Assembly: GCA_964016885.1 (NCBI GenBank) | Contig: OZ024741.1 | Coordinates: 77,934,001-77,998,000 of the forward strand | DNA: 64,000 bases | Origin: Eledone cirrhosa | Lineage: Eukaryota | Reading direction: 5' to 3' | Shown here: one piece after another, positions 1-11,339 of the stretch | How positions within the stretch are numbered: the stretch's first letter is position 1 | Layout: every line of letters begins with the position of its first letter | Position numbers and translations under genes: made by a program | Notes under the pieces: model-generated | Databases searched by the model: none | What the model was told of the DNA's origin: nothing | What the model saw: only the letters and a program-made list of their open reading frames with translations

Positions 1-3000
1 TGGACACTCAGTGACAATGCCAAAGATAAAGACAAATTCACCTCATGCTGCCGGACGAAAATGCAAGGACTCCTCCTCTTTATTTCGGCCGCGGATGGCC
101 AACATAACCCCCCCCCCCCGCACCCCACCGTTGCCGCACACAAAACGCAACCCAAAACTTCAGAGTTGGTACCATGAATGTAGGCACCTTAAAAGGTCGC
201 TCTAACGAGGTTGTAGAAATGCTTGAGCGTAAGGGGGTTGATTTTTTGCTGTATCCAAGAGACCAGGTGGAGGGGTGGATCTGCTAGATTCATTGTGGGT
301 AAAAAAGATTGCTATAAGATTTTCTGGGTGGGGTAGGAATCATGTTAGCAGAAAAATGGGTAGATAAGATAATAGACGTAAATAGAGTGAACGACAGAAT
401 AATTAAAATAAGACTTGTCCTAAATAGAACTACTGTGACAGTAATATCTGCGTACGCACCCCAATCCGGACTGCCTGGTGTCATAAAAGACAGATTCTAT
501 GAGACATTGATGCTCACTACCTCCCAAATAACCGACAGTGACTACATAATTATTGCTGGCGACCTAAATGGTCACGTTGGACAAACATTGTGATGGCTAT
601 GACGGAATCCATGGAGGCTATGGGTTTGGTACTAGAAATGAGGAAGGCTCCAGAATCCTGGAATTCTGTGACGCAAATAACCTAACTATCTGTAACACTA
701 ACTTCAAAAAACGAGACAATCACTTGATCACCTATAGATCAGGGGAACATGCCAGTCAGATAAATTATATCCTTACCAGAAGACGTGATACAGTGTCTGT
801 TGTAAACACTAAATCCCTCCCCCATGAAGAATGCACCTCCCAACATAGACTGATAATTAGCGACCTCATAGTCAGGACGAGACGTACTCGACAGCAGAAG
901 AGGACTATCCTCAGGAGGAAAATATGGAAACTAAAGGACCCCACAGCCAGAAATAAATTTCAAAGCATATTACTTGATGCTTTCGACAGTAAGGAAGAGC
1001 ATCTAGAATCGGACAATATAGAGGGACAGTGGGAATTTCTGAAAGCAAACCTGCTGTTGGCGACAGACGAAGTCTGTGGCTGGAGCAGGCCTGTAGGCAG
1101 GAGGAGAGTAACATGGTGGTGGAACAGTAGGGTGGAGGGGTCAATTAAGGCCAAAAAGCAGGCTTGGAAAGTATGGCGGGATGGGGGAAGTAGAGTAGAC
1201 TATCAAGTGGCCAGGAGGGAAGCTAGGAGAGAAGTGTACTTAGCAAGAAGGGAAGCTGAGGAAAGAAAGTTCAAGCATGTTCTACAACGCGATGACCAAA
1301 AACGTGAGGTGTTCAGGATTGCCAGGCAATGCGTCAAGGAAAACCGTGATATTGTCGGGGAGAAGTGTGTACTTAACGATGATGGCATACTTGCCATCAC
1401 CGACACTGATAAGAAGGTAGCTTGGAAGTGTCACTATGAAAGGCTACTAAATGAGGAGAATAAATGGGAGAAAGACAGTCTCCCCCACATCGATCCAATA
1501 GAGGGACCAGCAGTGCTAGTTGAAGGTAGTATAATAAGTAAGGCAATCAAAGATATGAAGACGGGTAAGGCGGCTAGGCCTTCGGAAATAGTTGCTGAAA
1601 TGCTGAAAGCATCTGGAACAGTGGGACACACTATGGTCACCCGGATAGTAAACCAAGTCATGAAGGTCACAGAAAAAGTAATAGCGCAACTAATCAGAGA
1701 GCGAATTGATCTAGATGAAATACAGTTAGGGTTTGTGTCAGGTAAAAGTACCACAGACGCTCTTTTCATTGTACGACAACTACAGGAGAAGTACCTAGCT
1801 AAAAGTAAACCCTATACTTAGCTGTTGTTAACTTGGAGAAAGCCTTTGACAGAGTCCCCCGCTCCATTATCTGATGGACTCTTAGAAAACTAGGTGTTGA
1901 TGAATGGCTTGTGAGAGCTATACAAGCCATGTATAAAGAAAGTCGGCAAGGTTAGAATTAACAACGAATATAGTGAAGAGTTTAGGGTAAAAGTTGGTGT
2001 TCATCAGGGCTCCGTTCTTAGCCCCCTACTATTTATTATTGAGGAGTTCAAGACCAGCTGCCCATGGGAACTTCTATACGCAGATGATCTAACGCTCATA
2101 GCTGAATCAATGGCTGAACTAGAGAAGAAATTCCAAACATGGAAGCATGGCCTAGAATCAAAAGGCCTTAAAATTAACGTGTCTAAGACTAAAGTTCTAG
2201 TTTGTAGGAAGGAAAATAGGGCACCGGTCCCATCTGGGAAATGGCCATGCTCAGTGTGTAGGAAAGGAGTAGGCAGAAACTCCATTTTATGTCCCAAATG
2301 CAAAGTATGGGTGCATAAAAGATGTAGTGGGATCACAGGTAAGCTAACAGAGAATATAGATTTTATATGTGGCCAGTGCTCAGGTGCAATAAGTAGCAGC
2401 AAGTGCCCACAGAATACTAGCTCATTCCATTGCACAGATGGTTCTATAGAAATAGTGGACACCTTCCGTTATCTGGGTGACAAAATCAGCAGTGGTGGAA
2501 GGTGCTCTGAAAGTACAGTAGCTAGAGTCAGAACGGGATGGAAAATGTTTAGAGAGCTTATACCACTATTAGCCGCTAAAGGGTTCTCTCTAAAAATGAA
2601 AGGCAGGCTGTATGATGCCTGCATACGAACAGCAATGTTACATGGCAGTGAGACTTGGGCATTGTGTGTAGAGGATATACACAGACTGGAGAGGAACGAA
2701 GCTTGCATGCTCCGCTGGATGTGTAATAGTAATATACGTGAACGGCAAAGCATAAATGAACTAAGTGAGAAATTAGGAATAAGAGGATCAGATGTTGTTT
2801 ACTCGAGAAAAGACTATGTTGGTACGGTCACGTGATGCGCATGAAAGACGACAGCTGTATAAAAAAGTGCAGGGCGATAAAAATAGACGGTAGCCATGGA
2901 GTAGGCAGACCCAGAAAAACCTGGGACGACTTGATAAATTCCGACCTCACACACTTACACCTCTCCAAGACAATGTCACTGGACTGAGATCTTTGGCGTT

Positions 3001-3430
3001 ACACAGTAATACAGAAGACCTGCATTGCCTAAGTACACAGCGAAACCTACAGTCAGTAGGCACCTCTTAACAAAAATACACCCCGTCCCACTACCCCCAC
3101 CCCATCCACACCACCCCTTTCGATGTAAAGTTATGTTGGTACCACAACATCAAGTCCGAAATAAATGAGGTCGTGTAGGTGTCACAACAAAAAAAAAAAA
3201 ACACACAGTCCACGCTGTAATGTGGCCGTGTAGGTAACATGGTAAAAACCTTCCAGTCCACACTGTAAACGTGGTTGGTGTTAGGAAGGGCATCCAGCCG
3301 TAGAAACCCCGCCAGACAGTCCTATACGAGCAAGACAACCAATCTTGCCTCAAGTGGGAAAATTCCCGTCCAAACCCATGCAAGCGTGGAAGATGGACGT
3401 TAAACGATGATGATGATGATGATGATGATG
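1..3430 (+). mobile_element. Near full-length RTE-clade LINE (APE endonuclease + RT with inserted PHD finger), disrupted
   Basis: APE motifs (VGTMNVGTL, CIQETRW, VISAYAPQ, IAGDLNGHVG, TSQHRL), RT motifs (GVHQGSVLSPLLF, LLYADDL, FRYLG), RTE C-terminus (LHGSETW) and a (GAT)n tail at ~3405-3430. Several frameshifts and a 120-nt deletion relative to the 31379 copy. Confidence 0.95.
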
Positions 3431-3680
3431 TGTATATGTGTATGTGTGCATATGTGTGTGTATGTGTGGACATCATTCGTATAATTGCTTTCATTTAGTA
3501 GAAAATTGAAGGGTGTAGTTTAATAGCATAAGAAGTTGGAATGCCTCTATTATATTACTGAAAATACATTCACCAGCAAGTTAATATGGACAAAATGCAA
3601 ACATTGCAAAATAATTCCAGCAATGTTGTGATTGGGCCTTGGTAATAGAGCAGCAAGTTGTATGCTTCGTTTCTCCTTGG

Positions 3681-3730
<50 letters not shown>

Positions 3731-3776
3731 CCCTCTCTCTCTCTCTCTCTGTCTCACTCTCTTTCACACACACACC
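3681..3776. repeat. (CT)n/(CA)n microsatellite
   Basis: Direct inspection. Confidence 0.9.
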
Positions 3777-4063
3777 TGACACACTGACAACCTTCCCTAT
3801 CTCTGTTCATGTTAATTTGATTCTTATTTAATTTTGTTTATTACATAGCTGTATGATCATCAAAAAAGAACTGGATGTTACCAATCAACGACAGACAGAT
3901 AAACCCTAAAATGTATATTCCTATATAACTATACCACTTAATATTACTAAATATGATGAATACGTGTCAATATATACTAGCAGACGTTGATGTTTTAAAC
4001 ATTGACTAACTGAAGAAATTAAGAGGGCAAAGTAAAACACACACGTAAATAAAACAAAACAAA

Positions 4064-4202
4064 ATGAAGCCTTCTCAAGTGGATGTTGATGCAATTATGG
4101 ATAGTCTAGGAGTCTCTAGGTGTTTCCACATCACCCAGTACATATTACTCAGCAGCTCACTTCTAATATCTGCCTTTAACAGTTATTTGTTCATATTTAC
4201 TG
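4064..4202 (+). CDS. SLC22-like exon 1 (MKPSQVDVDAIMDSLG...YLFIFT, TM1)
   Basis: ATG at 4064, SLC22-type N-terminus (D.I...LG...F.I.QY.L), donor GTTGGT at 4203, phase 1. Confidence 0.8.
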
Positions 4203-4207
4203 GTTGG

Positions 4208-4244
<37 letters not shown>

Positions 4245-4245
<1 letters not shown>

Positions 4246-4590
4246 GGATGGAGAGAGAGGTGCTGTACCCCAGCAAGTTTTATGAATGGTGGGTGACAGT
4301 GGCGAGAATGGCCCGAGTGAATGGGCCTTCTCTCTATATCAGCCTGTAGGTTGAGGAAAAAGAGGAAGAGAGGAAAGGGGTACAAACTCTTCGTACTCCT
4401 GGAGATGAGGGTTGCACATTTTTTCGGGGGTATGTGTTACCCATATGAACTGTCTCCCCCTATTGGGGAAAATCGATTAATTTTTAAATTGCATTTGTGA
4501 TAGTATTTTGCATGTTTTTATTGTATGTAAACTTCCCCCTTTGTATGTGTCCCCTTCTTTTGTGCCTCTGTGACTAATAAAGAAACATAT
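4245..4590 (+). mobile_element. 3' stub of an L1/Tx1-like LINE within (TATC)n
   Basis: Short terminal coding segment (RMEREVL...VARMARVNG...stop), T-rich 3' UTR ending aataaagaaa, flanked by (TATC)n on both sides. Confidence 0.5.
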
Positions 4591-4934
4591 CTACCTATCT
4601 AGCTAGGTAGCTTGCTATATGTCTGTCTATCTATATGTCTGTCCATCCATCCGTCTATCTATTTATCTATTGATAAATCTATCCAAAATGGCTAACTAAA
4701 CACACACACGTTTTCCTCCTACAAAAAACATTTGTTCCCTTTCTTCCTTTTCTTACTCTTGTCTATATTTCTATTTCTTTTATCTCTCATTCTATCTTCT
4801 AATGAAGGACTAACTTCTGAAATGTTAAGACTCTTTTCCTCCTAAATCAAGTGTAAAATTAATATGAAATATCTTTGTACTATTCTGTTTATCCATGTTG
4901 TTTTTCCTTATTAACTTTTTGTGTCTATCTATCT

Positions 4935-6030
4935 ATCATGACTCGTCTCAATGACCGAGCTGCAGTCCTGGGTCAAGCAAAGACCGAGGAAAATGGGCGA
5001 CTGGCACATCGAATGTGCTCAGGCGCTCTCAGCCCTCTGGCAGGCGGACCCGGCGATCAGTGGAGACTCCACTTCGTCATTCTATAGAGGGTTGATCCGC
5101 AGCAAGTGCGACGACGCGCTCGGTGAAACTCTAGGCGTAGAGGAAAATGAACTGGCCAGTCTGTTCGGTAGGACCTGTAATATCTATCTATGTAATGTCT
5201 ATCTATGTAATATCTATCTATGTAATATCTATCTATGTAATATCTATCTATGCAATATCTATCTGCGTAATATCTATCTGTGTAATGTATATCTATGTAA
5301 TGTCTATCTATGTAATGTCTATCTATGTAATATCTATCTATGTAATATCTATCTATGTAATATCTATCTATGTAATATCTATCTATGTAATATCTATCTA
5401 TGTAATGTATATCTATGTAATGTCTATCTATGTAATATCTATCTATGTAATATCTATCTATGTAATATCTATCTATGTAATATCTATCTATGTAATATCT
5501 ATCTATGCAATATCTATCTGTGTAATATCTATCTGTGTAATGTATATCTATGTAATGTCTATCTATGTAATATCTATCTATGTAATATCTATCTATGCAA
5601 TATCTATCTATGTAGTATCTATCTATGTAATATCTATCTATGTAATGTCTATATATGTAATGTCTATCTATGTAATATCTATTTATGTAATATCTATCTA
5701 TGTAATATCTATCTATGTAATGTCTATCTATGTAATATCTATCTATGTAATGTCTATCTATGTAATGTCTTTCTATGTAATATCTATCTATGTAATGTCT
5801 ATCTATGTAATATCTATCTATGTAATGTCTATCTATGTAATATCTATCTATGTAATATCTATCTATGTAATATCTATCTATGTAATGTCTATCTATGTAA
5901 TGTCTATCTATGTAATATCTATCTATGTAATATCTATCTATGTAATGTCTATCTATGTAATATCTATCTATGTAATGTCTATCTATGTAATGTCGCATTG
6001 TTGTACGCCCCTGTGGCAAATAAAGAAAGA
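4935..6030 (+). mobile_element. L1/Tx1-like LINE fragment plus 3' end, interrupted by the 15-bp minisatellite
   Basis: GC-richer coding-like segment (FYRGLI...DDALGETLGV) at 4951-5175. The 3' end (cccctgtggcaaataaagaaa) resembles the 4245 stub. (TATC)n flanks. Confidence 0.45.
5176..5993. repeat. 15-bp minisatellite (TGTAAT[A/G]TCTATCTA) x ~54
   Basis: Direct inspection. It produces the (CNIYL)n, (YYIDR)n and (VISIY)n ORFs. Confidence 0.97.
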
Positions 6031-6100
6031 TATCTATCTATCTATGTGTCTATTTGTATGTATATCTATGTAATAATCTACCTATTTATCTACCTTACAG

Positions 6101-6308
6101 CTCTTGCTCCCGAATATCAATGTAAGAACTTGACAGAGTTTCAGCTTTTTCAATACAACATATCAATAGATGAAGTTAATTTTCATATGGTAAATGTTCC
6201 ATAGAAATCATAAGAACTGATGAAAGGATTACAGTTGAGAACCAAAGTTTGTCTTGTCTGAATGGTTATTACTATACATTTCCTGTTGATATGTCAATAT
6301 CTTCACAG
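6101..6308 (+). CDS. SLC22-like exon 2 (Cys-containing extracellular loop), with a -1 frameshift near 6181
   Basis: Acceptor ttacag|, reads ALAPEYQCKNLT...DEVN, then in a shifted frame SYGKCSIEI...LSCLNGYYY...SISSQ|gtagg. The 208-nt length is 1 nt short of joining phase 1 to phase 0. Confidence 0.8.
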
Positions 6309-6355
6309 GTAGGTTAGACTATTACTACTCCTACTACTGTTACTACTACTATTAC

Positions 6356-6386
<31 letters not shown>

Positions 6387-6439
6387 GCCTAAACCACCAC
6401 TACCACCACCACCATAACTACTATTACTACCACAATCAG

Positions 6440-6890
6440 CAATTCTTTCCTGAAACATTCTAACCACATGCCCATAGTATCAAAGCTGTGATCTCTCAAA
6501 TCAGAGAAGTAATGGCTCTACCTGGAACAACTCTAAAGACCCTTTGGAGGAACCATATTTTGGCTGCCTGCATTTGTGATCGTATTCTTTTGGTTATTAC
6601 CCAAGATTCATGACAATAGGTAAGGGTTGGCACAAATACCGAATTGAAAATAGCAAGTTTGGCTTTTACACCTACCTCCCTTCTGATTACTGAATGCTGA
6701 AGCTGGCGCATTACTGCACAAGCTCCTACAATTCATACACTTAATTCAGCCTCCTGCCTTCCATGACTCATGAACATGGCCTCAAGATACTTGAACATCT
6801 CTACCTGCTTCAGGGAAATCCATTCACATATAGAGTGCACTGTGCAGGCTTTCTTGAGAGGACGAGAGTCTCAGTTTTTGCAGCACTGAT
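6440..6890 (-). mobile_element. Old RTE-clade LINE fragment (post-RT region)
   Basis: KAKLAIFNSVFVPTLTYCHESW; FKYL-like motif near 6790. Confidence 0.7.
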
Positions 6891-8477
6891 TTTCATTCTA
6901 GCTATGTTGTTGTTTTTCTTGCTGTTGTCTATATTGCAGGCTGATCTTGTGTTGTTTTTGCAATTCCAATAGCTAGTCATAACCAAAAATTATTAGAGGG
7001 AAACTTCAATGCACCTTGTTGGAGTGTGTGGGTCTCCTCCCCCTCAACACCCAGCAACCACTTTTTTGTTTCACTATTGCTGTTTTCTCTTTTCTTGTTT
7101 ATTTTTTAGAATAGAAGAGCCTCTTAACCCTTTTATACCAGCCCACCCAAAACTCCCTCTAGTTCTATAGAACAAAACCACCTATTTTAAATTATTCCTG
7201 TTTAAATTAAAACCTCCATACATAATTTTATATAGAACTTTTTGTTATATTATAAATATGTTAATAAAGAAATCATTTTGTTGTAAATTTTTATTTACAT
7301 TATTTTCTATATGTTAGTTATATCTTCATGGTTTATGTTCTTAATAATTTTTTCTACAGAGAGTGGTGGCAAGTGTATGATGTGGTTTCAAAGTTGGTTG
7401 AAGTGCTGCAAAAATAAAATGCACACATGTGTTTGAAATAGGAGGCTACACATCTATTTCAGTTCATCAAAGACTGGTGACTTTGTTGCTATGTTGTACT
7501 TTTGCCTACCAAACCCACCCTACAGCTTTTGTTTCCTTGTGTCTTAGAAAAAGTGCCCTTCACATTTAAAGACTTTCATATTTAAAGGCAATGAAATGAT
7601 CAATCCACAGCATGTCTTTTGAGATGATTTCCTACAAGCTTCTTCTGATCTATCTGCTACTTACTACTTCTCTAATCTAGTATTTCCTAATGTTATTTTA
7701 CTACAAATAATATGTGATTCTATTATAATTTTTCTTTTCAATCTCATCTTCTGTTTAATAACTCTTAATGTAGGGTTGGAATGATTTAGCAGAAAATATC
7801 TAAAAACAGGTTTGTTAATTCATGTTTATAGCACCTTTACTGGTGAACAGATTGTTGTAAACATTTTTAATATGATGCAATCAAAGTGCAGAAATATGAT
7901 ATAAAAAATGGAATTCCAGAGAGGTGAGATTCTATGGAGAACGAATAGCATATAATGATTATAATTGGGCTTGGGGGTGATACATACTATGGGTAACAAG
8001 ATGAGAAGATATGGGTGTGTTGGGTGCGGTTGGATGATGAAGTTATGCAATAAGTTAGGCTAGCGGAGAAGAAGTTAAAATTTAAAATTTAAGGCTGAGC
8101 ATTTTTAACAACTTTTATGATTATAATTTTGAGTTGTCCAAGACTATTGAGGATATTATACAATATTGTTTCCTTGATGTGTACAATGAATGATTTTTGT
8201 TCTATTTAAGGAAACAAAGAAAACTGTTGAGTCACCATTGGAAAATGTTTCTGAAGTCTCTGTTCATATTTGAAGGTTTGCTCAGTACAAGTTTGAAGTT
8301 TGTCCAAGAGGAATTATTGTTTATATTTTTGGTGTGGAAACAAACATACTTAATATCATGTGTATAGTTTAATCAAATCTGATTCTATACATTGAACACC
8401 ATGGAATTATTTAAACAAAAAAAAGATCTTTTATAAAACAAAATTTCTACATATTATCAGCATTTATATATTTTCAG

Positions 8478-8708
8478 TGGAATCTGGTATGTAGCAGAGG
8501 TAGTTTGGCAGAAGCTAGTCAGACAATATATATTTTTGGTCAACTCTTTGGTGCATTGATATCGCCGTACTTTTTCGACAGATTTGAACGAAAACCACTC
8601 CGTGTTTTATGTAATTTTTTGCTTGTTGTCATCAATTTAATCTGTGCATTTTCAACATCCTATGCCATGTTTGCATCAATGAGGTTCTTTGCAGGATTTT
8701 CTAGAGAG
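8478..8708 (+). CDS. SLC22-like exon 3 (WNLVC...DRFERKP...MRFFAGFSRE; TM2-4)
   Basis: ttttcag|TGG acceptor, GAG|gtaag donor, 231 nt in frame, diagnostic WNLVC and motif A. Confidence 0.92.
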
Positions 8709-8934
8709 GTAAGTATTTTATTGAGGAATATATTATACATTGTTTTTATATTTATTAAGTGGAAAAGTGCCAGTGGTTGAGTATATATGTGTAAGTGTGC
8801 AGGAGTGCATTTCTTCCAAAATTCTTTCTGTTAGTCCATGTTTCTAAACCCCTACCCATCTTCTTATCAACAGTATTAACAACATATCTGAGCTACATGA
8901 GACTGACTCATTGCTGTGTCTTGTCTGACATATC

Positions 8935-8990
<56 letters not shown>

Positions 8991-8995
<5 letters not shown>

Positions 8996-10438
8996 GAATA
9001 ATCGAGTATCGAAAAATCGGCGCACGAGTTCACGATAAACAAAATTCGAAATGAGCGGCAGAGGGCTCAATAATTCAGATAAATCAGAGCTATAACTATC
9101 GTTAAAATACCGACACACATAGAACATGTCTAAAATCAACCATACGACCGAAAAATTACGATCTGGAAGATTCTGGACACTCAGATAAAATATCAATAAA
9201 TCAATAAATCAAATGAATGTAAAAAGCTTACCCGGACCCGCTAGAAAGATGGTAAATCTAGCTTCTTGGGTTTCTGTAAATCCTTAAACCGCCCTCCATC
9301 AGCCCACATAAAAATATATAAGACTTCTAGAAAGCGGCGGACCGGAATTACTTTCTCAACGAGCTTTTGTCCGAACGAATAAAAAGGCACAACCCAGGTT
9401 GAAAAAACGCACATGGAATTCAGCAAGGGAGATAACCTCTATATCCGCAAAAAATATTCGGGAAAATGTGGAAATTCACATATCGAATAAGAGTGCTCAA
9501 TAGACATGTTAAAATAAACAGGAGCTATTCATCATTTAATAGAATCGACAAAAAATGAACAATAAAATTAACTGGTCAATAGCTAGGTCTAGAGCTAAAT
9601 ATAGTAGAATAATCGACTATCGAAAAATCGGCGCACGAGTTCACGATAAACAAAATTCGAAATGAGCGGCAGAGGGCTCAATAATTCAGATAAATCAGAG
9701 CTATAACTATCGTTAAAATACCGACACACATAGAACATGTCTAAAATCAACCATACGACCGAAAAATTACGATCTGGAAGATTCTGGACACTCAGATAAA
9801 ATATCAATAAATCAATAAATCAAATGAATGTAAAAAGCTTACCCGGACCCGCTAGAAAGATGGTAAATCTAGCTTCTTGGGTTTCTGTAAATCCTTAAAC
9901 CGCCCTCCATCAGCCCACATAAAAATATATAAGACTTCTAGAAAGCGGCGGACCGGAATTACTTTCTCAACGAGCTTTTGTCCGAACGAATAAAAAGGCA
10001 CAACCCAGGTTGAAAAAACGCACATGGAATTCAGCAAGGGAGATAACCTCTATATCCGCAAAAAATATTCGGGAAAATGTGGAAATTCACATATCGAATA
10101 AGAGTGCTCAATAGACATGTTAAAATAAACAGGAGCTATTCATCATTTAATAGAATCGACAAAAAATGAACAATAAAATTAACTGGTCAATAGCTAGGTC
10201 TAGAGCTAAATATAGTAGAATAATCGACTATCGAAAAATCGGCGCACGAGTTCACGATAAACAAAATTCGAAATGAGCGGCAGAGGGCTCAATAATTCAG
10301 ATAAATCAGAGCTATAACTATCGTTAAAATACCGACACACATAGAACATGTCTAAAATCAACCATACGACCGAAAAATTACGATCTGGAAGATTCGGGAC
10401 ACTCAGATAAAATATCAATAAATCAATAAATCAAATGA

Positions 10439-10442
<4 letters not shown>
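8991..10442. repeat. 611-bp tandem repeat, ~2.4 near-identical copies, flanked by (TA)n
   Basis: Units start at 8991, 9602 and 10213. Identical ORF translations recur at 611-bp spacing. Confidence 0.95.
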
Positions 10443-10476
<34 letters not shown>

Positions 10477-10709
10477 CATAGTAAGGAGAGAAGGCACATA
10501 ATAAATTATGTCAGATAATAGGGGATAAAGTACCACCCTGGTAAAGCACATAAAAACTACGGATCTATCTCTCTCTCTCTATCTCTATCTCTCTCTCTCT
10601 CTCTAGTATGTGAGGCTCATAAGAAGCAGGTACACCCATTGAGAAGATCCTGCATCTATTATGATTCTTCACATATTTTATAGCAAAACCTAAAATATAT
10701 ATATATATA

Positions 10710-11012
10710 TCATCATCATCATCATCGTTTAACGTCCATTTTCCACGCTACAATGGGTCTGGATGGGAATTGTTCCACTTGAGGCAAGATTGGTTGTCTT
10801 GCTCAGGACTGTCTGGTGGGTTTTCTACGGCTGGATCCCATTCCTAACACCAACCACGTTTACAGTGTGGACTGGGAGGTTTTACCGTGTTACCTACATG
10901 GCCACATTACAGCGTGGACTGTGTGTTTTTTTGTTGTGAGACCTACACAACCTCATTTATTTAGGACTGGATGTTGTGGTACCAACATAGCTTTACATCG
11001 AAAGGGGTGGTG
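10710..11012 (-). mobile_element. RTE 3'-UTR stub
   Basis: Matches ~3110-3430 in reverse. (CAT)n tail abuts (TA)n. Confidence 0.85.
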
Positions 11013-11339
11013 TAGATATATATAAATGTATGTATGTGTTGTATATATTATGCCAATATATGTGTGTATATATAACGTATATCTTATGTCCAGGTGTATA
11101 TTGTTATTGTGGAGGTATGTACACTTTGCTTATTTTATTAATTTGTATTTACCACTCCATCCATAGTTTTGATATGCTTTACCAAGGTGGTACGTTATCC
11201 CCTATTATCTGACATAATTTGTTATGTGCTTTCTCTTATTGCTATGATTTATAAAGAGCTCTCTTCCTTGACCTCTCTTGATCATAGGGGATTTATTGTG
11301 AGTTTCTAACTATATTTTAATTTAAAACATCTATGCATT

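Noticed and set aside
2004-2753. Antisense ORFs recurring over the RTE copies
   Set aside because: Shadow frames of the conserved sense ORF with no independent motif.
3920-3930. TATA box upstream of the transporter ATG
   Set aside because: TATATAA is too frequent in this AT-rich DNA, and there is no TSS evidence.
5176-5993. CRISPR-like array
   Set aside because: Contiguous tandem units with no unique spacers, no cas genes, and a eukaryotic context.
4951-6204. 417-aa (CNIYL)n ORF and the overlapping 320-aa and 308-aa repeat ORFs
   Set aside because: By-products of a stop-free 15-bp minisatellite. The in-frame run into exon 2 is coincidental, since a proper acceptor exists at 6100.
8933-10418. 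Repeated 61-87 aa ORFs in the 611-bp unit
   Set aside because: No recognisable motif. The recurrence simply reflects the tandem duplication.
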